In this document: positions 36,915 to 48,226 of the stretch, in pieces
How the letters are laid out: every line of letters begins with the position of its first letter
Numbering within the stretch: the first letter of the stretch is position 1
Position numbers and translations under genes: made by a program
Notes under the pieces: model-generated
The model's database searches: none
The model's input: the letters and a program-made list of their open reading frames with translations, nothing else
Told to the model about the DNA's origin: nothing
From: Hyphochytrium catenoides
Lineage: Eukaryota > Protista > Hyphochytriomycota
DNA length: 64,000 bases
Reading direction: 5' to 3'
Assembly (NCBI GenBank): GCA_900088475.1
Contig: FLMG01000277.1
Location: forward strand, 49,492-113,491

Positions 36915-39900
36915 ATGGGACTACTTCGTGCTATTTCCTCCCACACACTCCTTGGCCGTTGCTCCATTCCCTTTCTTTCTGCGTCAGCTACCTCCCTTCG
37001 TTCGTCAGTCCATTCTCCGGCCGCTATTCTGCTTGTTCAGGCAGCACATAGATCATCTTACGCGCAGCCATCTGCCAGCAAGAAGCTGAGCGGGCGTTTA
37101 CCTACGATGGATGTCGAGCGTGATCGGAGTAAAAAGAAAAGGAAAATTGCTATCATCGCGGGTTATATTGGCACCGGTAAGCCATCCTTTCCTTATGTTT
37201 CCTCTTTCTGTCATGTCCCATTTTCTTGATATGAAGCCTTGTCCGGTTGTGGCTTCTCTTGTCCTCGGCCCATTATCTTGACCTCCTCGTCGTACTCCCT
37301 CTTTGATGGCCACCAAGCGATCTGGACACGTCTTCTTCTCTTATATGTCTCGGTCATCAGGCTATAGCGGACTGCAGGAAGGAAGGGCTGATGTGCGGTC
37401 CATCGAGTCAGAACTGAAGAATGCTTTACATCGTGCCGGCTGCATTGAGGAATTTAACCTGGGCAGTCTTACAAAGCTGGGCTGGTCCAGAAGCAGCAGA
37501 ACGGACAAAGGGGTGCATGCAGCTAAGATACTAGTATGTCTTTACTTCGCTCCCTCTCAGTTACTCAGATCCCTGTTAGTCTCTCTTTTTTTATCAGTCC
37601 CAGGAACGCACTATCTCTGTTTATGCCGCCGTTCCCTGTCCATCATCATTATCTCTCCTTTGTCCTCAAGGTCTTGAACGCAGATAACGTCTCACCTTCG
37701 TAAGAGCCATAATGAGGCCACCCCATTCTCAGCGTTTTCCTCCTTGCCCCCTTCTTCCCTCTGTCCACTTTATTCCCTTTGTAGCTCTCCTGCAAACTTC
37801 TGGTTGATCTAGACAAGATGACAGATGATGAGCAGTTCCCCCAGCTGGTCGAAGAGATAAATCAGTATCTACCGCCTGAGATCCGAGTCTTTTCTCTCAG
37901 GTTATACCCTCTCTCCTCAGAACTCGTAGATCTACTTCTCCGTCGCCCTCGCGTTTCGCCAGCTCCTTCTTTCGTAGCAGCGTTTGCAATCCCTATTCTG
38001 GGTGGCTCCTCCCATCGATCTCCCTTTGCTTGGCTTATGTATCGCTGTTTATAGGCGCCAGTCTAAGGGTTACAGCGCCCGTAAGGTCACACATCTACGA
38101 GGCTATGAGTATCTCCTTTCCGTCACTGCGCTTGAGCGCTGCTTTGACTCTTTCCTTCTATCCATGAAGGAGAGGGAACCCTCCACATCTCTCCCAATCA
38201 AGCCTAACTTCAAGTCGGAAGAGTTTCAGAAGACTTTAAGCTCCCTCCTTTCTGGCTTTGAAGGGACGAAGAACCATCATAACTTCACGTCAGGCTTAGA
38301 AAGAGCAGTTAGACTGCTGACCAAGAAGAGGAGGCGGAAAGAGGAAGAGGAAGCGGAGAGCGACAGTGACGACGATGGGGGCCGGCCAGTGCTGGACGAG
38401 AACGAAGAGGAAGAGGGAGAAGACCTGGAGGAAGTGAAGGGGTCAGAATCGCAGAAGGAGGAAGGAGAGACCCCTCAAAGACAGCGAGACTGGAACTGCC
38501 ATCCATTTTTAGAGACAAAGCGCCTACATACTGCCTCTCGCACCATCTATAAGTTTGAGTGCACAGGGCCCAAAAAGCTGGGAGATGAGGAAGTACTAAT
38601 ACTTAGAATAGAGGTAAGTGACCAGGACCAAGATTGTATAAAGGAACGATAGAACGAGAAACGAGAGACAAAGGTTAGCCAGAGAGGCCGTGAAAAAAAG
38701 GACGAGAGAAAGAGAGACCCAGCGAGGGGGGGAAGGGGATGGCGAGAGTGAGAAGGTGACAGAGAAAGAGAAAGAGAGAGAGAGAGAGAGATGTGCTATC
38801 TTAAGGACCTCTCAGCTTCGCACTTCTGCCACCACTGCCACAGGGACAAGCCTTCCTCTTCAACCAGATTCGGTTAATGGTGGGAGGTGCCCTAGCAGTA
38901 AGCATGGGCGTCATATCCGACACTGTCCTTGATGTCGCCCGGGGTAGGTCATGTCTTTGGACTCCTTCTTTCACTCTTTCTTTCTATTGTTAGTTGTACT
39001 CTTATTCTCCTTGGCCTCTTACCTTTATAACTCGAATTGACGTTCTGTCAACTTGTCTTTTAGACTGTCCGTGTTCTCCCACGGTCAGGGTAGTGCTCTT
39101 GTAATGTTATTTTTGCTCTGCAGACACTCTCTATCGAGTCAAAATGCCGTTGGCGCCTGCCGAAGGGCTGATGCTTGTGGACTTCAAAGTCCTCGACAGG
39201 AAGTTGAAAGGCAAAGGACCAGGTCGGTCTGGCAGGTCCTTCTTAGGGGTTGATCCTTCAATGCTCCATAGATAAATACGCTTGACTGTCTCCCCTAGAC
39301 TTAGATTCCTACTCTTGCATTCCCCCGAATGTACATCTTCCACTATCTTCTCACTTTGGCCCTGTTCTACTATTCTCTCTGCGAAGGCGCTGCTAGTGCT
39401 AAGTTACCCGTGGGAGTAGAGAAGGCCATCTCCAAGTTCAAGGAGGAGAAGATTGTCCCGCACGCTGTTGAGAAACTATTGGAGGATGACAGTGAGACCT
39501 TCCGACATTTTGGGTCTGTCCTGGCGCGGTATAAGACCACACCAGAGCAGGAGGAGCGATACAGAGAAATTCTCAGTGCACACGCAGCCAATGAGGCAGA
39601 ACTAGCAAAAGTTCGAGTAAGAGGCCACACAGCGTTGCGTCTATTTGCCTTATCCTTCGACTCGGCCTTTATTCCGTCCCCTTTGTTTCTCTTCTGTAAA
39701 GCTCTGTACCAATTATCGTGTTATCAGCTAGACGTCCGTTTCTGCTCGCTCTTTACTATGCGCGCTCCTCTTTCCTCATCAGATCTAGTACTGTCAGCCG
39801 GTCACTCTCCTAGCTAAGCTCTATGATCAAACCGAAATTTTCAGGCCCAGAGGGATGAGATGCGGCGGTTAGTGGCGCTGTCAGACCCTTCCAGTCGCTC

Positions 39901-40355
39901 TATGTATTATCGAGTTCTCCCCACTGGGATATCGACGACACTCAGCATCAAGTACAGGCTCAGGCCAGGAGTTGAAGTCGCAAACATTCAAAGGGCCCTG
40001 GTGGAGGTAAGGAACTCTCACGCACATTGAAAAGCATGGGAAGACCGTTTGGCCCCAACATTTAGGTTGCATTTATTAGTGTTCCTAGCTTGGTGCATAT
40101 CCGGCTTAGTTTTGTCGCATCCTCGCTCCAAGCAGCTCCTCGTTATGGCTCCTAACCTTTGCTCCTTCTCCTTTCCTCATTGTTGTTATGCCGACTACAC
40201 CCCTCTGAGTCTATATAATCACTGTCTGTCTCTCCTGTCAGAGAATGCATCGGGGCAAGCTGAAGAAGAATGCATCAAAGGAAGAATGTATAGAGTATGT
40301 CGACAAAGTTGGTGTAGAGACTTTGATAGAGGAAGGGAAAGCACTGCCACGATGA
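36915..40355 (+). CDS. tRNA pseudouridine synthase, TruA/PUS1 family, 9 exons
   Basis: Motifs KRKIAIIAGYIGTGYSGLQ, catalytic WSRSSRTDKGVHA, INQYLPPEIRVF, RGYEYLL, FEGTKNHHNFT, GQAFLFNQIRLMVG and MPLAPAEGLML. The last exon ends KALPR* at 40355. Confidence 0.9.
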
Positions 40356-40918
40356 GGGGCAACAGCCACAGATTGTGGAGCATGCAACGTGTCTGCCTAC
40401 TTCTTACGGCAAATTGCTTAAAGAGCCAAGATCCTGCATCAAAGGTGGGGAGAATGTACGCCATAAGAGTTAATGAGACAGCAAGAAAGTGTAAAGGCAG
40501 CGGTGACGTCTTCCGTCTCACGGACGATGAAGAAAAGAGGAGTAGATGAGCGACACAGCGGAGCTGCGCTGGACAGTAATTGCTGTCATACAGGATGCTC
40601 AGCAGGCTGATGAGATGACCTTTCTTAGCGGCAGGCTCATGCATAGGGCGAACTATCTCAGGAGAAGAGAGATCGAGAGAGAAGCAGCACACAGGCGAGA
40701 GAGAGACGGCGCCATCAGGCAGATCTGGTGTGGGTGGCTGGTCGGCTGATGCGGTGATGATGGCCGCTTGATACTTGGCGGCTCCTCCACATCAGAACTT
40801 CAAGAGCCTTCACGTCAGGTTCAGAATAGAACAATCTAGATGAAGCTTTATATTGTCTTATCAGTAATTCTATTCATGATCANNNNNNNNNNNNNNNNNN
40901 NNNNNNNNNNNNNNNNNN

Positions 40919-40958
<40 letters not shown>
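40919..40958. repeat. (TC)20 microsatellite abutting an assembly gap
   Basis: Perfect dinucleotide run following the N-run at 40883-40918. Confidence 0.95.
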
Positions 40959-40961
<3 letters not shown>

Positions 40962-41261
40962 CGCACTTTCTTGTCTCTCTTCCGTCCTTTTTACAAATAT
41001 ATGTTTCTAGGACATCGCTCTCCTCACGCTCCATCCCTCCGCTCTCCCGCGATTGCCGCGCTAGTTGGCGCTTCAGAAGAGACTTCATAGTTACTTAGTC
41101 TGGGTCTCTCCCCTCAGTTAGACACTTTCAATCAAAGCTCCCTAAAGTTCATAGCAAAAGTCTCAAGACATAGCAGTCGGTCAGGTCTCTCTCTTCTTCT
41201 TGTCTGCTACCTCCAGACGCTTCTTTCTCTTGGCATTTGAGGCCGTGCCTGAAGAGCAACA

Positions 41262-44200
41262 ATGGGGTCTCGTGGCAAGTGCGTAGGGATAGTGAGGGAG
41301 GTGTATAACAAATGGGAAAGGAGAGCGCCGCTTTGCCCTTCTCACGTTGAACAACTGTCCAAGCGCGGCATCCAGGTTATCGTGCAGGTCAGCAGGCTCA
41401 TGCCAGGGTTCTCTCCTCCATCGTCTCTCTTCCTTGCTTCCTTCTTTATCTCTCGCTTTCTCCCTCCTCTCTGTTCTGTCTCTGTCTCTCCTGAGTTGTC
41501 ATGGTGACCTCACGGAGGTGTAGCTATACCTGACACTGATGTCGCCTTCTTCTGAACAGCCTAGACTGCTCATACATCACCAGCCTTCTTTTTAACTAGC
41601 TCTGTCTCAATCTCTTCCGCTTATGTGATCCTCCAGGGTAGCCGCGCTCACCATTTGCCTTTTCTCTTGCCCTGAATTATCGCGCTCGTTCCACTGTCTT
41701 TCGCCCTCTCACTGCTCCTCGCGGGTCACTTATTACCTCTTCGACGAACGCATTTCCTCTCAGCCTTCAACCTCCCGCATCTTCCCTGACGAGGAGTATC
41801 GCAGAGCTGGAGCGGAGATCTCAGAGAACTTAGAGAAAGCAGAGCTAATCCTTGGAGTCAAGCAAGTGGAGGCGGACAGTCTGATCCCTGGGAAGACGTA
41901 CATGTTCTTCTCCCATACAATCAAGGGCCAAGAGCAGAATATGCCGCTGCTGGAACAGATCCTTGATAAGAAGAACAGGCTGATTGACTATGAGTGCATC
42001 ACCGAGGTGAGAGAATGCGCAGAGAACCCTGAAGATGAAATCGCGGAGCCAGGAAAGAACGTTGCCTAGTTTTCTGTCCTATTGCCTGATGACTGTGCTA
42101 GCTGTCATCCTCATCTTCCCCTTAGCTTGAGCACTAATGAGAGACGCTTTCCTACCTGGTTTCCTTTTGTAAGTCTTCCCCTTTTGTTCCTGCGCGTGAG
42201 CCTCGTGATATGCAGCATTGACCGTTGCTCTGGTGTTTGGTCGTTCGACAGGGAGGGCAAAGAGGTGGTCGGCGCTTGATAGCTTTTGGTGATTACGCAG
42301 GTATCAAGCAGCTCTAGGGATCGGACGTTCAGTGAACATCTGCAATACTGCTTTGTCCTCTTAAACTCTTCATACCGCATAGCATAGAGTTACTGCTTTT
42401 ACGTCTGACCAGTCGTCTATCTTCTTGTTAGGGAAAGCTGGAATGATCGATACATGTCGAGGGTTAGGTAAGCGAAGTGTGTCTTCTGCCGTGTCTCCTA
42501 TTTCACTACGCCTCCCTTTTTTCCAATGTTTCTTGTTTGTATCTTGCCTCCCTTCGTGTCCTGCGGGCAGTCCTGCTCGAGATGTAACGCGCTGACAACT
42601 AATGCCTGAAGGCGAGCGTCTCCTTTCTCTTGGCTACTCGACGCCGTTCTTGAATGTTGGCTCTGCATATATGTATCCCAACCTGGAGGTCGCCAGATCG
42701 GCAGTGTACGACATGGGACAGCAGATCAAGAGGAAGGGATTACCTGCTGACTTGGCGCCTATGACCTTTGTCTTTACGGGTGCGAACTCTATGTATCTCC
42801 TCTTCTTGAGCTCGCATCGATGCTCTTGCTCTTCTTGTCCTTCAGACACCTCCACTCATTTCTTCTTCAATCCTAGGGACGTGAAACATTTGGCCTTCTC
42901 AGCTCATTTCTGTTTGACCTACGGGTACCCTGTTTCCTCCCTTCGCCATGGCACTTTATACTGTCGTTGCAAGAGCCCTGATGTGGTTGCTGGCTTTCTT
43001 TTGGCATCAGAAGCACTTGTGAATAGCATTCTTTAACCTTGTGATCCCTATTCACGCGGCACTTTAGGCAATGGAAATGTCTCCAAGGGCGCGCAGGGCA
43101 TATTTTCTCTCCTGCCTCATGTCATGGTTGACCCTTCAGAGCTGCCAAAGCTGCCAAGAGATAGGCACACATTATATAGTACGTATCTCAAGGGGTAGGA
43201 CCGTTACTGGTTAAGGCAGAGAAATGGCTGACGATGAGAGGATTGGACATGAAAGCTTGAGCCCTCCGCGTTGACTCCCAAGAATGTTGGTGCAAAGTGT
43301 TCAAGAAGCGAGAGGGAGCTCCAACTCGAACTGAGAGGCTAGGAGAAGGTCAAAGACAAGGAGCGTCGGACTGACGAGCTATTCTCACCTGTTGTTCCTA
43401 ACAGGCACTGTGGTGACGGAGAAGGACATGGTGCGAAGGAAGGACGGTGGGCCATATAGTCGTGACGAATATAGAGAATACCCCGAAAGGTAATTGGGAC
43501 AAATAGCAATATAGCTCTTCGGCCTGTGTCTTCGATCTCAAGCCTTAGTCTTTAGGCTCAGCTATGTTCACCTTCTCTGCCTTAAGTTACTGCCACCACC
43601 TCACCCTCGCGCACCAATTCTCCCATTGAACTAGGTATTCGCCAGTTTTCCATCAAACGATTGCCCCATATTCCTCCGTTATCATGAACTGCGCTTACTG
43701 GGACCATCGTTACCCCCGGCTCCTCTCCTTCGAGCAACTAGAGGACCTTTGGGAGGGAGGGAAGAAGAAGCTTATTGCTGTTGGTGACCTCTCCTGCGAC
43801 GTGAACGGCTCCATTGAATGCCTCACTATGACCACAGAGTACGAAACCTAAATAACTGGCCATTCACACAAATTCCCCTTTTATCAGATAATTGTTCAAG
43901 ACTTCTTACTCACCCTAAACTTCCTTCTTTCTCGCCGTCGCCGCTTATGCAGCATTGAGAAGCCGTTCTTTCTCTACGACGTGAAAGCTAGAGAGACGAG
44001 AGAGGAGCTAGATGGCGACGGCGTCATGATGCTTGGAGTAGATATTCTCCCTTCGGAACTCCCTGTAGAAGCTTCACAGCATTTCGGAGACTTGCTTGTG
44101 AGGTTTGTGGATAAGATACTTAGCAGCGATGGTAATTGAGACGCTCAACGGGTCATATCTTTCTCTGTCGTTGATCGTTCTCTATGACATTCCTATATCC

Positions 44201-47200
44201 CGCCTTTGTCATCGTTGTTCTTTCTTGCTGCGTAAGAGGTAGCTAGTCAGACTCCGTTCGTTACATATGGACGAGTTTTCCCTAATGAGTCCCAGCTATT
44301 CTCAGCTGAGTTGTCAGTGACTCTCCTGATGCCTTCTGCGTCCCCCCATTCAGTTTCCAAGCTAAATATAATCTCTTTCTAATTGTTCACTTGTGCTGTC
44401 TTCCTTCTCCTGGTATCTCGGTCTAGGTCAACATCCCACCCAGTCCCACGATCTCCCGCAAGAGCTCCAAGCGGCTTGCATAGCGGCTGACGGCAAGCTA
44501 ACCCCGGGGTATCAGTACATTGAGAAGATCAAAGAAGAACAGAAACGGAGTAAGGAGTATATCACAATAGCAACGGAAGGCTCCACGTGTCTGCACCTTC
44601 GAGGTCATCTATTTGACTCGGGGCTCATCAATGAGGTCCTCAACGTTATCGAGAAGGAGGGAGGACAGTTCCACCTGGTGGAAGTTGAGGTACCATGACG
44701 GAGCAAATGCCGCTGAGCATTACAAATTTGATGACCACCGTCGTGCGTTCTGGTCACAGGTTGCACCTAACACTGGGAAGGCCTTCGAAGTAAAGTCCAG
44801 CGCGATATTGCAAGTCACGATGGCTGCGGGACGGGACGACTTGGAAAGGGTGCTAGAGAGGTCAGGTCTACTACAATGCAATTTTTCTCCTTTAGCCTTT
44901 ACAGCCTTCTGCCTGGCCTACAGTGTTGCTCCTCAGAAGTTCTGATACTATTCGCTTCTTGGCCTCTTGACCTCAGGGTGCATGAGCAAGTTGCGAGGAA
45001 GCCTGAGGCCGAGGCAGTGATAAAAGAGCTAAGGGACCACTGCAGAGGAGACTACTCGAAGACCTTACCTAAAAGGTGACTACCATAACGTTCACACAGC
45101 AATAAGGAATAATGAGCATAGGCGAAGGAGAATAGCAGGGGGCAGTCCATCTATATAGAAGTAAGGGTTAGTGAGAGTGGCATAGAGTCAACATTCCTCA
45201 TTATAACAGCTTGAATTGTCATTTCAGGCGGCCCTCAGAGAAGGATCAAGCTGCACATAGCCATACAAAGGGGAAAGAGGAAAGCGGCATGAGAAGGGAA
45301 AGGAAAGAGAGGCAAGAAATCGTAGTTTTCGGTGCCGGATTGGTTTCTAAACCCCTCATAGAGTATTTGTCAAGGGATCCCACACGACGGGTGAGAGACC
45401 TCGCGCCGCTTCCCCACCGTTCAAGCTCTTACTCTGCCTTCTTTACTGTCCTAGCGCTCTGGTTTACCTTGTAGTCCTACTGTGGTTGCACAACCGGCTG
45501 CATTGTCTATGACTCTTATTTAAGCCGTCAAGCCTCTTTCCCCTTCGTTTCCTAGAAACCACCCAATTAACCCTAGTTTGTGGCTCTGGTGGCGCAGGTC
45601 ACTGTAGTCTCAGCATTGAAGGGAGAAGCCCAGGCAATGATCAATCGCATTCGTCGCCCAAACCTCCAAGCCCGTACCTGTGATGTAGTCAATCGCGATG
45701 AGGACCGACGAAACTTCGTTGAGACTGCAGATGTTGTTGTCTCCCTCCTCCCTGCCAGCCTTCATCTTCCCATCGGTAAGACATTGGAGAGATTTGTGAA
45801 CTCTAAGTGTTGCCATAAGTTATTGTCTTTCTCTGTTTTTCGTATCCTTCGCTCTTTGTCTCCTTGTATGGATCAGGCTTCGCTTCTTCAAAGAACCTTC
45901 CTCATCTTTATTCGGAAGTAAGCGATCCGTACTTAGTATATGTATCTAATATGTTATAGCCGAGGACTGCATTCAGGCCCGAACGCCGTTAGTGCATGCG
46001 AGTTATATCTCACCTGAAATGAAGGAACTGCATCAAAGAGCTCAAGAGGCTGACATTCCGATCTTATGCGAAATGGGCTTNNNNNNNNNNNNNNNNNNNN
46101 NNNNNNNNNNNNNNNNNNNNNNNNNNNNNNNNNNNNNNNNNNGATAACCTTCATCCCTTAGGATCACATGAGCGCTATGCGGATCATTGATGACATCAAG
46201 GAGAGAGGAGGATCTGTTGTGTCATTCCGCTCTCTTTGTGGAGGCCTGCCATCACCTGAAGCTGCTGACAACCCTCTGGCCTACAAGTTTAGCTGGAGCC
46301 CTATGGGTATGGAGACGAGAGAGAGAGGGTTGAATCCTTTTGTTCTCGTCAATCTCTCTTCTCTCCTATATACTCTCAACGTATTCGAGTGGAATAGTTG
46401 GATTGCTCCGTCCCCTATTTTCGGTCCTCAACCAGTATCAACACCAGGCGCTCTGTATTTATTCATACTAATTCTATCTTCTCAGGGGTCATTACTGCTG
46501 CCCAAAATGCTGCTCGGTTTAGGCTCAACGGGGAGGTCGTTGACATTCCAGGTGAGACTGAGAGAGTAAAAGGGGGATCTTTCTGCGGGTTGTAAGTTAA
46601 GAGGACAGTATCGGTGAAGCTAGACCTAGGGTTGCCTGGGTGTGCACAGCAGGAGCCAAACACGTAGAACGCAGCCAGAAAGTGATTGTTCAATGAAAGG
46701 ACACAGCGATCCCCCAATATTGACAGATAGAGCCAATTGAGTTAGAACATAAATTAGTCGCCCTCTTCCTCTTCACGTCCTTGTGTCCGCCAACACCACA
46801 TTGCTCTGATGTTACAGGGAAGGAGCTCCTGGCCTCGGCTCAGCCCACTAGAGTCATCCCTTCACTAGCATTGGAACAGATACCTAACAGAAACTCCTTG
46901 CCGTACGGAGAGCTATATGGCATAAGTGATGCTAGCACGGTGTACAGGGGAACCTTGCGGTAAGATGAGCTTTGCAAGTAACCACTAACAAACTCATGAA
47001 GAGCTAGGAGTGTCGATGCCTACCCACATTGTTAATCTTATTCCTAGCATCTGTGGTGTTGGCCAAGAACGTCCTTCTCCATTTTGACTTCCGAAGCTCT
47101 GGCTTATTCCATGCCTACTCCAAATGTCTCATCCTTCGACTCTCCGGTCACAGGTATGCGGGCTGGTGCAGCATAATGTACAGGTTCAAGCAGCTGGGCT

Positions 47201-48159
47201 TACTGGAGAAGACCACTGCAAACTTTGATCTCTGGAAGGGTCTGCTTCTAAATCTCGGTGGGTGCTAGGAGTGAATTCTTCTTCAGAATGGTCATGATTT
47301 GCAGGACAGGAACTAGTATCGGGAACAATACAAAACAAGTGCTCATCTAAGAGGTGAGGCATCGGAGGAGAGCACTCATTAGAGTTCTTGCAGGCGTGGA
47401 CCCAAGCTCTGAAGACGATGCCACAGCCACCTTGCGGTGGCTTGGACTGTTAGATGGAGATACAAAGTTGGAAAAAAGAGGAAGCGGGACTGTCGTCGAG
47501 TCGTTCTCCGACTCCTGGAAAAGAAGTTAGCTTACAACCCGGGAGAAAGGTGCGCCAATTGTACCTCCTTCTCCTTGTCAGCGATGACTGCAAAGGCTAA
47601 TGTTGGTCCCCCACATCGGTTCCGTTCTCCCCCGTACTCACGCGCATATCCTTGCCCTCTCTTGCGTCGTCATCTGTCGCAGAGACATGGCTGTGATGTC
47701 CCACGAAATCATAGGTCTATCAGCGAACAAAAGAGAGCGCGAGGTCCACCAATCAACGTTCTTAGCATACGGGGCGAGTGAACAAGACGGCGGAGGAGAC
47801 ACGATTATGGCCAAAACTGTTGGACTCACAGCTGCAGTTGGAGCTGAACTGGTGCTAGAAAGAGCCTTCAAGGCAACAGGTGAGGCTAGTNNNNNNNNNN
47901 NNNNNNNNNNNNNNNNNNNNNNNATCTATGAGAGCTCGGTTCTATGGACAAACATCCTTACAGATCTAAGTGGCAGATTAGACGAGTATACGGAATAACC
48001 TTCTGAAGGTTCATTCTCCTTGACTGACCCCTTCCTGTAGGTGTTCTTGCGCCTGTGACCCGAGAAATCTACGAGCCAGCACTAGAAAGGCTCGCGGCAG
48101 AGGGTCTGACTTTCAAGGAACGCATGCACAAAGAAGTGCTGGGTCAGGCACACCTCTAA
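41262..48159 (+). CDS. AASS: Bifunctional lysine-ketoglutarate reductase/saccharopine dehydrogenase (alpha-aminoadipic semialdehyde synthase), ~20 exons; apparent 1-nt frameshift near 47508
   Basis: LKR motifs: [79 protein letters not shown] motifs: [64 protein letters not shown]. Confidence 0.95.
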
Positions 48160-48226
48160 GGTGTGAACGGCAGGAGACCTCCCCGTCTCTGACTTGCGAT
48201 GAACAGGAGATCTCCAAGGCGATCCT

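Noticed and set aside
5147-40355. Cluster of mitochondrial/tRNA-processing genes (CCA enzyme, COX10, PUS)
   Set aside because: They are separated by unrelated genes over 35 kb, which is expected by chance.
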